In this document: positions 40,105-51,840 of the stretch, in pieces
How the letters are laid out: the number at the start of each line of letters is the position of its first letter
How positions within the stretch are numbered: the first letter of the stretch is position 1
Notes under the pieces: generated by a model
Seen by the model: the letters and a program-made list of their open reading frames with translations, nothing else
The model's database searches: none
Told to the model about the DNA's origin: nothing
DNA from: Mobula hypostoma
Lineage: Eukaryota
NCBI RefSeq assembly: GCF_963921235.1
Contig: NC_086097.1
Location: 90,336,001 to 90,400,000, forward strand
DNA: 64,000 nucleotides
Direction: 5' to 3'
Made by a program: the position numbers and the translations under genes

Positions 40105-40238
40105 TAAGCAACCTAGAGTCAGTTTGTCTGTTTTGAAACTAGCCAACCCATTGTCTTATACTCGACCTCGAATAGCAATAAACTAGGCGCAGTGACTTTC
40201 TACAGACAGAGCATCTTCTTGCTCTATAGACAATACTT

Positions 40239-40810
40239 TGTAATGCTCTGTAATGTTTTGCTGCTAATGTAATGGGTTCTCTGTAGCAGCAGTGTTTGGG
40301 TCATGACTAGAGGTAACGGGACTTTGGAATGTGCGCCACCCAATGAGAGGCGTGTTGATCCTTCTTGTGGGTTTGAGAGAAGGCATTCACGGGTCCTTTG
40401 TCGGTGAGAGATGAAGAGAGAAGACACGAGTAGAGAGAGTTGGTAGACCACCGGATGGAGTGGACTTGGAGTGAGGGTCCATCATGAATCGACGACACTC
40501 AGGGGAGGTCCAGTGGGGGAGGGGGGGGTCGTCGAACGGACGAAGCCGTGAGCTCCATCGTACACTTTCGACTGTTTCATTAAAGTGAGCCCTTTTTCTT
40601 TTTATTTTCTTTACTAACCCTATAGTCAGATTAAGAATTATAAAGATTAATCGTTTAACTGTAAATGGTGTACTGGCTGATATTTTGCAGTACAGATTTG
40701 TAACCGGCCAACACCACGCAAGATCCACACAAACAAGATCTCTCAGTTTGGCTGGGCCAGAGGCTGTCTTCCCCTAGACGAACCCATGCTGGCTGAACCT
40801 GAGGGTTACA
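40239..40810. mobile_element. Solo LTR-like element
   Basis: TGTAA...TTACA termini. The 5' part is repeated at 9418-9536. TSD is not clean. Confidence 0.55.
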
Positions 40811-41259
40811 CTTAATTTTAGCTTCAAGCTGATTACTACTTGCCATTTACAATTAAGAACTGAAGACTGACTCCTATTTACGACCAGAACCCTATAAGGA
40901 TATTAGTTGTAAGTTTCCTTACAAGCATTTTGACTTGGGAATGGCAGCTGCTGTGTTTAATCAGTGAGAGTAACAAAAAAACAAGGAGTGAATAACAGAA
41001 GGGACTCATTGGGTCCATGCCAGCTTTCAGAAGAGAACCCTATCAGTCCCATTTTCCCAATCCTTACTTCATTTTAGTCCATTAGCTTATTCTCTCCCAT
41101 CTCCTCTTTTTATTATTCTCTCACCAGACTTCCATCTCCAATTTAATTTAGTAAAACCTACACCTTGAATTTCTGCTTGCCCAATACCATTTGTACTACA
41201 CACTAGTGTCATTGTGCCAAGCGACAGCCTGCCCATCCCCAAATATCACCCGTCTGAAC

Positions 41260-41750
41260 TTCAGAATCAGAATCAGGTTTATTATGTGACATGAAATTTG
41301 TTAACTTAGCAGCAGCAGTTCAATGCAATACATAATATAGAAGGAAAAAATAAAATAATAAATAAGTAAATTAATTACAGTATACATATATTGAATAGCT
41401 TAAAAATCGTGCAAAGAACAGAAATAATATATATTTAAAAAGTGAGGCAGTGTTCACGGGTTCAATGCCCATTTAGGAATCGGATGGCAGAGGGGAAGAA
41501 GCTGTTCCTGAATCGCTGAGTGTGTGCCTTCATGCTTCTGTATCTCCTACCTGATGGTAACAGTGAGAAAAGGGCATGCCCTGAGTGCTGGAGGTCCTTA
41601 ATAATGGACGCTACCTTTCTGAGACACTGCTCCTTGAAGATGCCCTGGGTACTTTGTAGGCTAGTACCCAACATGGAGCTGACTAAACTTACAACCCTCG
41701 GCAGCTTCTTTGGGTCCTGCGCAGTGGCCCCCCCCCCACCCCCGTACCAT
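41260..41750 (-). mobile_element. Rex1/Babar-like LINE 3' fragment
   Basis: GHALFSLLPSGRRYRSMKAHTQRFRNSFFPSAIRFLN and a (GATTCT)n tail. Confidence 0.85.
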
Positions 41751-42596
41751 TGTTCACACCCTGAACAATGATTCACCATGAAGGCAAACAGGGCCCAGGT
41801 TTCAGCCGGGCAAGAGTTAATAGAGCACTTACTGCAAGAAGGAAAATGCCACTCTTGCTCCGAGTGGGCGAGGAAATGAGGACAGAAGCGTGGGAAAGAG
41901 TCCTCAACCAAGATTGCTTCATCATTGCATCCTGCTGTGATTCCCACATTTCAAAAATGAGTATACTTCATTGCCTATAATATGCTGGTGTTGCAATAGG
42001 CACTACAGAAATGCAATTTCCTTCTTTTACCCAAAGGCAGCTGGACAGTTTATGGAACGCTCTTTCCTGGCATAATTTACATATGACTATTCAATTATTT
42101 ACGGTTTTATTACTATTTAATTATTTATGGTGCAACTGTAACGAAAACCAATTTCCCCTGGGATCAATAAAGTATGACTATGACTACTCAGAGGTCAATC
42201 ACCTCCCTCAGTTAGCAATTGATCCAGCAACCTTCTGAAGGAATTAACTAAGACAGCAACAAATTAAGTCCAGACCACACCCTCCTCAATCATAAACCAC
42301 CAACATTCCTGCAAATGGGAATAAGGATAGAGATAGTCCTACACCTGGTTTTTTTAAGGTTGTTATAGTGGGTGGTGGCTTTAGGAGGGATAAACTCCCA
42401 CTACCTATAAAATGCTCCCAATGATGTGCATCTCAAATAGCTTCTGACAACCAAGTCCAGCTCCGGGCCTTCATGGGTGGCTTAGCCACTAAACCCTGAA
42501 CTGTTTCTACTGATAGGCAAAGGCAGGTTACTGGCACCTTGAAACCAATCACTTCCAATATGGCTCATCAGCCATGTTTGGCAGATCATCTCGGAG

Positions 42597-43209
42597 TAGG
42601 GCTGCCAACTTTCTCACTCCCAAATAAGGGACAAAAGTAGCAGTCAAATACGGGACACTTGTGTTTACCCCGAGAAAGACTACCACAACCATGAAGCCTT
42701 GCGCGGGCACCTGTGTGCGCATGCGTGATGTGCGCATACATGACGTTCGCATACATGTACGTGCCGATTTTTTTTTCCCTACAAATCGGTTTTGGCTTAA
42801 TCTCCCCAATTCTGTTCTTGGTTCTTGATCCTCCAAAATATTCTGCATGGAATTTAAACTGGAGTTAAGTGAAACTACACTGTAAATACATTATTTCTAC
42901 TTTATATAGGCTGTGTATTTATCATATCATTCCTGCTTTTACTATATGTTAGTGTTATTTTAGGTCTTTTGTGTTATTTGGTATGATTTGGTAGGGTATT
43001 TTTTTGGGTCTGGGAACGCTCAAAAATTTTTCCCATATAAATTAATGGTAATTGCTTCTTTGCTTTACACCATTTCGGCACAAAAGGTTTCATCGGAACG
43101 CTCTACCTTAGCGGGGGAAATACGGGACAAAAGCGGTCCCATATGGGACAAACCAATTTAGCCCAATATACGGGATGTCCCGGCTAATACGGGACAGTTG
43201 GCAACCCTG
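42597..43209 (-). mobile_element. hAT (Blackjack-like) non-autonomous element, copy 2, inverted relative to copy 1
   Basis: Reverse complement of 30311-30864; perfect 8-bp TSD TCTCGGAG. Nested in another repeat. Confidence 0.92.
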
Positions 43210-45883
43210 TCTCGGAGAAGGAAAACACTAATCTCAAAGCTCTGCTGCCTTGCGCTATACCCACTCATGGGGAAGGCTTCAGGAGTGAACACCCAGGGAA
43301 ATATCTGGAGCTGGAGTCCCCGAGGCAGTCCTACATTGAGCTCAACGCTGACAGGCAACTCCTGTGACACCGCTGGTGCCAAACTGTATCAGCCTGTGCT
43401 GTTCCTTTGGATTCATCAGCTGTGTGGAGAAGGGGAGCCTGGTGCATGGGCAACACCTTGCTCCTCACGTCGTACTGCCCTGACCTGCGTATCCCGTAGT
43501 TAGCTGGCACCCAATATCCATGGTCAACCCAATTAACGGATGGGCCTCGCTCCAATAACCTACAGAATTGGCTAACAAAGTCTAACCATGGCAGGTTAGT
43601 GAACACTCCAGGAAAACAATGAGGGGTACTAAAGAAAAAACAGGCTTATCACACTGGGAAAAAAATTCCAGTGCATCCTGGTCTAAATGGCTCACTTGCA
43701 TTCTCATCTGGATACTCTGTTGTGGATTAGACCCAACCCTGTGGTATAAAACAGCCAGGATGCCCACCCAGCTAAAGCTTTCTCCTCCTGTTTTTCCAAC
43801 TGAAGGTTGGGACCGAGGATGAGGGATGCTAGCAGAAATGAGGCTGACGTACATCACGGAGAAGTTATCCATTGACACTCTACGGTAACCAGACTCAGTT
43901 CAAGCTCCTCTGCACAGCTCAGGAGGGTGAACGCCCAGCATAACAAGATCTGCTTCCCTTTAAACGGGCAGCACTGTGACACAGAGAATATGCAATGCAA
44001 TGAAGTCAGACGGCCTCATTTGTGCTTGGGAGGGAGACTGCAATACAAGAGGCTTGCAGCAAAAACACAGCTGATTGCACAATGGGTATCCTAGCAACGG
44101 CCACTGGGACAGATCTCTGAAGCAATTTTATGGTATCTCGACTATTTTGATTAGGTAGACCTGACAGCACGGAAACCAACAGTGTCGCTCGGCAGGAGCA
44201 GTGTGTGGTTTGGCTGGAGCAGACCCCGCCCCTTCCTCAGCACATTTGTCAGCGTCTGGTAACCGCAGCTCATTTCACGAGAAGTAGGAACGAGGAGCAC
44301 AACAACAAAGAGGCCGCCCCAGCTGCCTGCGTTATACAACGTGCATTACTTATTGCAGGTCAACTAAAGTCTTCAGGGTCATCAGCAGCATAAACGGGCC
44401 ACAGAGTCACGCGGCTCCCGGTTCCAATATACAACAGGCCCGTGGCGAGGGACAACTGCTGATCTGCACCCACTTGCGCTCTTCCTGGCCAGACAGACTC
44501 ATCCAAACACTCCTGTCTAAAAGGCTCCCTTGCATTCTCATTTGGATACTCTGCTGCTGTGGATTAAAAGGGTTCAAACCAACTCTGTTGCATGCCAAAA
44601 TATTAAAATGAACAGCAGGACCCCCGGTTAAACCTTTCTCTTCAGTTGTTTGTCCAACTGGCTTGCCGTCAGGGATTACGGTGGATGAAAAGTGGGGTAT
44701 ATATCAGAGCAGAGCTGGCCATCAACACTCCAGCCCTTTCCCTGCAGTTACATCTCAAATGCAGGATTGGAGAAATGACTGGATTGGTGGGTTAATTGGC
44801 TGCTGTAAATTGCCCCTATTAAATGGCGGTACAGTGGGGAGGGGGGGCAGGGGCAAGGAGCTGATGGGAATGTGGAGAGAATAAACAGGATCAGTACAAA
44901 TAGGTTCTCGATGGTCAGCACAGACTTTGTCCCTGCTTGCATGCTGTGTGACTAACACCAAAATGAATCGAATCCCTGTCCTGATGATCTAGCAGCAGAG
45001 TGCAACACATCGAACTGAGGACAGATTCATCCTACGAGGCAGAGAACCAAGAAGAAAGAGTGGGGGGGGGTGTTGAAGTAGGTGGGGGGTGTTAATTAGG
45101 CACTAATTAATTGAAAAGGAAAGTATACCAAATGTAAAACCTACAGGGCTTGCTTCTGATCATTTGTTGAATAATTGTGGTCACTCCAAAACTGTTACAT
45201 GTACCAACCTTCTGCAAGTTGGGAAGTTTTAGGTGTTCCTAGAATTAAATCACTGCAGTACCAAAGGGGTTCAGAGACTCAACCAATGCTGGTACCTTAC
45301 CGATAGACTCCTTCATAAATGAGATACCAGCTCTCAGCCCAGCAGCATTTCAATTTGAAGAACTTTTTGTCCTCATTTTCACTCCCTCTACTGGATCCCA
45401 TCTCACAGCTTCCAGATTTACAGTGCTAGAGGTCTCTGCACCCTTTCAATTCTGACCTCCTGAATGGCCCACCCACTCTTCCTCACATCACTTCAGCAGC
45501 TGGGACCCAAGCCTTCAGAAATGCTGATCCTGAGTGCAAACTCCCACTCCTCAGAGGCTCAGACAAGTAAAACAGGCTGGCGGTCCAGCATGATACAGAG
45601 AAAGAAATCCAGTGCTCCATTTATAAAGTTTTGGCACAGACTAGAAGGGCCAAATGGCCTGTTTTCTGTGCTGTAGTGTTCTATGGTTCTACTAACCACT
45701 CCCCGCCAACCACCACCACACAATCTACCAATATCTCCTCAAACAATGTCACATTTTGTCCAACTGTGCTCTTTGGCTATTGCAAGTTACCACTCTCGTC
45801 ATGACATCATGCCAGTTGGAAGAGATCCAGAGAACCACATCAGGATGGAGTTTGCCCACCAAGACACACAAAATACGACCTAC

Positions 45884-45983
45884 CATTTGACGCAAATCCT
45901 TTGGAGATGCAGACGATGAGCACCAAAATCAGTGTTACTCGGTGTTGCCCGTGGCTCTTCCGCAAAATCATCCCATTGCACAT
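45884..45983 (-). CDS. SUSD6: SUSD6 first coding exon (ATG and signal peptide); whole exon 45884-46027 includes 44 nt of 5' UTR
   Basis: Reads MCNGMILRKSHGQHRVTLILVLIVCISKGFASN, which resembles the MCHG.. start and hydrophobic signal of SUSD6. Polypyrimidine acceptor ...cttttatgacgcag| before 46027; donor G|GTAGGT at 45883. Phase 1 matches the next exon. Not in the ORF track. Confidence 0.9.
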
Positions 45984-47836
45984 GTTTCAAGCCAAGAGAC
46001 TAAGGCCGGTTCGTGAAAGTTTCAAACCTGCGTCATAAAAGAATTAAACAAAAGCAGGGAAAAAAAATCATTACACTGGTAAATCCAACAAGATAACAAA
46101 CCTGCATTTGCGTTTTACTCCTCACATCCCCAGGTTATCCCAAGTTGTCTCATTTGGCTATAAATTTTGAGGGTACTGTTACAACACAGGTTAAAAAAGA
46201 CACCCATTCTTCACACAGCCTAGTGCCACAAACAGGAACTTGGTAACCATGATATGATATTCCTCTGGATGTTATTGAATGAGAAAGAAATGAAAAGACT
46301 GAAATTCCTGACACTGCCTGTAAGGAGTTTGCATGCTCTCCCCGTGAGCGTGTGGGTTTCCTCAGGATGCTCCGGTTTCCTCCCACAGTCCAAAGACGTA
46401 CTGGTTGGTAGGTTAATTGGTAACTGTAAATCGTCCCATGATGAGGCTAGGATTAAATTGACAGATTACTGAGCGGCGTGGCTCCAAGGGCCAGAAGGGC
46501 CTATCTTACGCTGTAACTCAATAAGTAAACAAACATTGGCCAAAACTGCAAGAATCTCTCTGCTAGTCATCTTTTTAGCTTTCGTCCTCTTCCTTTCCAG
46601 TCCCAATGAAGGGTCTCAGCTCAAAAGCAAAATCAACTGTTTAATCCTCTCCACAGATGCTGTCTAACTGCTGAGTTCCTCCAGAACTTTCTGTGAGTTG
46701 CCCAAGATTTCCAAAGTCCACAGAATCTCTTCCATTCAGAGCTAACGAGGATATTTCAGCTTCATTTGACTGAGCTACTGGGGTCGGTTTAATTTGCAAT
46801 CACCACAACACAGCATTTACTGTGCACTATGCTGGCCTGTGAGCCCGAGGTATTTGTCCAAACCTCTGAAATGGGATCTCCTGTGTGACTGTACTACTTG
46901 CCTTGTCGTGACCGAATGGAAGCAAGGAGAACAGAGAAATCTTTGCACTTTGTCCACCTCTCTGTATAGAGCCAACCCCTTGAGCAAAGTGTATTTGAAA
47001 GTTATGGGAAAGTAATGAATCAGTATTTTTTTTGCTGATTTTCAATGTTGTGTATGATTTTCACAAAGAGTTCATACACAACATCGAGGCTTGCTGACAA
47101 GACTGTGCCACAAACAAACCCAGGAGAAAACTCAAGTGTATGTGCAAAAGTGACTTTTCATTTCTGTAAATTAGAGACAGGATACAAAGAATGTTTGAAA
47201 TCCAGTCAGGTGGCCAAGTCTGCAGTTTCCATTTAGCAGGGAGGGCAATAGGCAAAACAGTTGAGTAGTGATAAAAAATATGGAGGTAGGACAATTGGAG
47301 GGAAGAGATCATGTGATGAAGCCTCCAAGGCCAAACCCATCCAGCACCAGCAACCCCAACTGGCAACAGTGCAGGACCCCAAGCATTATTTCCTTCATGC
47401 ACTTGACACTGGGTACATTACTCTGCAAAATAAGCAGAGAACCAAGCGAAGAATGGGATGATAATGCAGAGGGGGCAGTAATTCAGTGTCACTCGTACAA
47501 GAATCTCAATACAGTAGGAGCAAGATTTCAGGGACAAGGTACACTTGCAATGCTCTAATACAGGGTAGTTGAGAATTAAGGATATTAGGACCAGATCAGA
47601 AAGAGAAAAAGCGAGGACTGGAAGCAGCAGAGGCATCTGCTTGAATGGTTGTGACGGTAAGGGGATGATAAAATTCCTCATAATTACAAAGTTAGGCTTG
47701 TGGGAGGTGGTACTGCACACACAAAGGCTGAAAGTAGCAGACTACCTGCCAACCGAGCAGAAGAGTAAAAATGCCACATTTAATCACTGATGTGTTCTGA
47801 ATTAACTTACCTCAGCACAGCTAGCTTCAGCGCCGA

Positions 47837-47850
47837 GAGGAAGTGAAAGT
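47837..47850 (+). promoter_or_regulatory. ETS-IRF composite element (PU.1/IRF8-type) GAGGAAGTGAAAGT
   Basis: Exact GGAAnnGAAA EICE core with optimal flanks, in unique sequence next to two consensus donor sites. Confidence 0.45.
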
Positions 47851-48801
47851 TTACTAAGTAGACACTCTTACCTGCACAGCGTGCACAGACAGATGAAATG
47901 TCTCTGTTCTGTTCATTGACGCAGAAACACAACACAGCTGCGTTTCCACCCCGGCCCAAAACTCTGCATTGGTAATGAGGTTGTTGAGAGCGTTTCTTTA
48001 AAAAGTGCTTATACAGCCTCTTTCATAACCTCACATTATGCCAATGCACTTCAGAGCTCACTATGTATACTGTTAAATATAGTTTCTCTGGTAACTTAGG
48101 TAGGAAGTATAGAAAGATCCAAAAGCAACGATAAGATCCAAAAGTCTTTTCTCAATCATAAGGTGGCCAGGAGAGCGATTACCAACCTGATACACCATTA
48201 GAGCAAAAAAAAACCAGAATGGATGCTGGAAATCTAAGATGCTGGAAGCACTTAGCAGGTCAAACAGTATTGGTAGAGGGAGAATCAGGGTCTTTGACTC
48301 AACTCCATTGATGCTGTCTGACCTGCAGAGCATTCTGGAGGCTTGAAATAAAAAGCAGAAAGCTCTGAGGTCAGGTTTCCAGCCTCAGCACGATATTGTT
48401 CTTGCACTGGGAAGGATTCACTGCATTTATTGCGTCACAGAGTCGTGACGAGGCAGAGCATGGAAACAGGCCATTCAATCCAATGAGCTCACCCACTACA
48501 TTAACCCTGCACTGATCCCATTCCCACCAAATCCCCCCAGATTCTACCACTCGCCTACACACAAAGTGGCAGCTTACAGTGACCAACTAATTTATCAACC
48601 TGCTCGAGTTTAGGAATGTAGGAACATCCGAGGGAATCTCGCCAGATCACGACAAGAGCAGGCAAAGAGATCGCACCCGAAGTCAGGATTGAACCTGGGT
48701 GGCTGGAGTTATGAACTCCACTAGTGCTGCCACTGTACCACCCTACTGTCAATCCAAGAAAACAGATGGCTTGAGCAACACACGTACATACAATGCTCGA
48801 G

Positions 48802-48876
48802 CAGAGGTTCCCAATCTGGGGTCCACGGACCCCTCACAAAATGGTATTGGTATAACAATGGTCGGAAACTCCTCTG
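48802..48876. mobile_element. Tiny hAT-Charlie-like MITE (partial copy at 21223-21270)
   Basis: CAG(A/G)GGTTCCCAA terminus; flanking TGCTCGAG/TGCTAGAG resembles a Charlie TSD. Confidence 0.5.
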
Positions 48877-50009
48877 CTAGAGGAACTCAACAGGTCAAGC
48901 AGCATCTATGAAGGGGAACAACTAGTTGTCTTTTTAGGACAAGACCAGATTAAGATCAGATGTCTTAACCCTGACTACCTGTGATGTGTGGATCTGTTCT
49001 CCCTGCAATCAAGTGAGTACCCCCCCTCCCCCGGGATTCCTTCCTTGCCCCCACCCCAGGGATTCCTACTTCCTTCCACATCTCAAATGTTACGTCAACT
49101 GGCCGCTGCAAACTGGCCCAGTGTAGATGGGCGATGGGAGAATCAGTTTGGAATTAATGGGTAGAGGAGAGAATGGATTACATGGAAATAAGTGGGGGAA
49201 ATTGATCACTCTGTGAGCGGGCATGGACTTAATGATTATTATGTTGTGGGAATTATGAAAAAAATGGAATGTGGCTGGGCTTGTGGCAATAAACAAGCTG
49301 CCATTTATTTGCCCTGTATTCCCAAATCTTGCACAGATTCCATCAGTTGCACAGGCAAATCAACGTACCAGCTCACCAATGCAGGAAGGAAGGAAGGACG
49401 AGCGAAGGAGCAAAAAAAAACACACACACACACAAAATCATAGGGAGAACATGCAAACTCCACAGAGACAGCAGACAGGGATCGAACCCGAGTCCCTGGA
49501 GCAATGTCTCGGCCAGCTGCCTTCCTTTGAGAGGTCGAGCCAAAGCAAACTTCAAGGTCTCTTGAATAGAAGAATGGAGCTCAGTGGCATCTGAGCCAAA
49601 AGACAGTGCAGCACTCCACTCAGAGTGACAGCCTGTAGATTTTACTCGTCAGTCAACTGTATCTTTAACCTTCTGACACTTACATGCACCAGTGTCATGA
49701 CGCAAACCTTAGATCTTGTTTACACAAAGCTAATCTAGCAAATGACACCAGGAGTCTGTCTCCAGAGGCATGATCAGAACTGCCTTTTGAAATGGCTAGA
49801 AACAGCTGGAGTATAAAAACTTCCCCACTGAATCTGATTGCAAGATTTCCAGGCTGAACTCCACCTGCCACCTCAGCAGCCTGTCCGTGTCCACTGAAAC
49901 CTACAACAACCCTCCAACACTATCCACAACTCCATCAACCCTTATGTTATCTGCAGATGTCATCTTTTCCACTTCCTCATGCAAATCACTTACTAAAAAA
50001 ACAGAACGA

Positions 50010-51840
50010 AAAGCAGGGGTCCCAGAACAGAGTGATGGGGCTGAGGATGGGACGGTTGGTATACAAGTAGATGCAGTTTATAGTGAATCTGATCTGTGAG
50101 GAAGGACAGGGAGATGATAGGTCAAAATTGCAGTAAGTGAAATGAGAAAGTGTAACAAAATCGAAAAGGGTGATGAACGTAGAACTAAAGCAATATATTT
50201 GCATGCACACAGTATACGGAGTAAGATAGATGATCTTGTAGCACAGTTAAGAGATTGGCAGGCATTATATTGTGAGCATCAGAGTCAAGGCAGAAAAAAA
50301 AAATCATACGACAGAGCTTTAACATCCAAGGTTACACATTGTACGGAAAGGACTGGCAGGCGGGCACATGGGGTGGGGTGGCTCTGTGGGTAAATAATAA
50401 AATCAAATCCTTAGAAAGAGGTGATATAGGTCAGATGTATAGAGTTCTTATGGGTCGAGTAAACAGCAAGGGAAAAAAGAACTCCAATGGGAGGCCAAGA
50501 TGGGAGCTACAAATTACAAAGGGAGTTAGAAAAGGCATGTCAAAAGGGCTAAGTTACAATAATCATGGGGGATTTCAATATGCAGGTAGGTTGGGGAAAA
50601 TCAAGTTGGTACTGGATCCCAAGAGAGAGAATTTGTAGCATGCCTAGAGATGGCTTTTTAGAACTGCTTGTTGTTGAGCCCACAAAGGGAAAGCAATTCT
50701 GGATTGGGTGTTTTGAAATGACCCAGATTTAGTTAGAGAGCTTAAGGTAAAGGAACCCTTAGGAGACAGTGATCGCAATATAGCCTGATTTATACTTCTG
50801 CGTCAAATGTACGCCATAGGTACTGCGTACCCTACACCGTAGGGTGACGTGCACCTCCCCAAAAAAGTAACTCACGCGTCGCGGCGACACAGACTGCAAC
50901 AACTGTGATTGGTCCGCTTGGTAGCATTGCATTTCCGGTTGCTTTTCTCTGCCACGTCTGTACACTGATGCAAAATAAATGGTTGGAGATGATGAACCAA
51001 ATCGTCAAATCTACCTACTGACATCCAAAAATATTTGAAATGCATTTCCTCATCCATGTCTCTTGCGAAGAAACTCAATACAGTGGCATAGAAACCCCAC
51101 CGCTAACTAGCGTTTTGGCGGTGAATTGCACAGCGATGCAGACACAACAACACATGCTCGCTACGGCGTAGGGCTACGCATAAGTATAAATCAGGCCTAC
51201 GGCGTAGCCCATACGCACAAGTATAAATCAGGCTTATGATAGAACTCACTCTGCAGTCTGAGAAGGAGAAGATAAAATCAGATGTTATCAGCATTACAGT
51301 GGAGTAAAGGGATTTACAGAGGCATGAGAGGAGAGCTGGCCAAAGTTGTCTGTAAGAGGACACTAGCACGAATAACAGCAGTGGGGGAGTTTCTAGGAGC
51401 AATTTGGAAGGAGCAGGAAATATGCATCCTAAAGTTGAAGAAGTATTCTAAAGGCAGGGTAGGGCAACCAGGGCTGACAAGTCAAAGACAGCATAAAAGC
51501 AAAAGAGAGGGCACATAATACAGCAAAAATTAATGGGAAGTTAGTGGACTGGGAAGCTTTTAAAAACTAAAAGACAGCTAAAAATCCAAAGAGAGAAAAG
51601 ATGAAATGCGAAGGTAAGCTAGCCAATAATATAAAAAAAATACAAAAAGAGTTTTTTTTTCCAGATATATAAAAAGTAAAAGAGAGATAGGAGTGGATAT
51701 AGGGGTGCTAGAAAATGATGCTGGGGAGATAGTAAAGGGGCAGGACAAAGAAATGACAGAGAATCTTCACTGAGCAAGAAACCAGCAGAATGCCAAAAGA
51801 GCAAGAGTGTCAGGGGCAGAAGTGAGCAGCACTGCTATTA
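50010..51840 (+). mobile_element. Degenerate CR1 LINE (APE region), interrupted by a Harbinger element
   Basis: IYLHAHSIRSKIDDLVAQL and GGVALWV..IKSLERGDIG. Colinear with 17500-18700. Confidence 0.88.
50782..51234. mobile_element. PIF/Harbinger non-autonomous DNA transposon
   Basis: TIRs AGCCTGATTTATACTT..AAGTATAAATCAGGCT with a 3-bp TSD TAT. Internal minus-strand transposase fragment [27 protein letters not shown]. Confidence 0.85.

Noticed and set aside
47872..47963. 92-nt AG..GT segment considered as the SUSD6 signal-peptide exon
   Set aside because: Its translation is not signal-like and a better ATG exon exists at 45884-46027. Retained only as a possible UTR exon.
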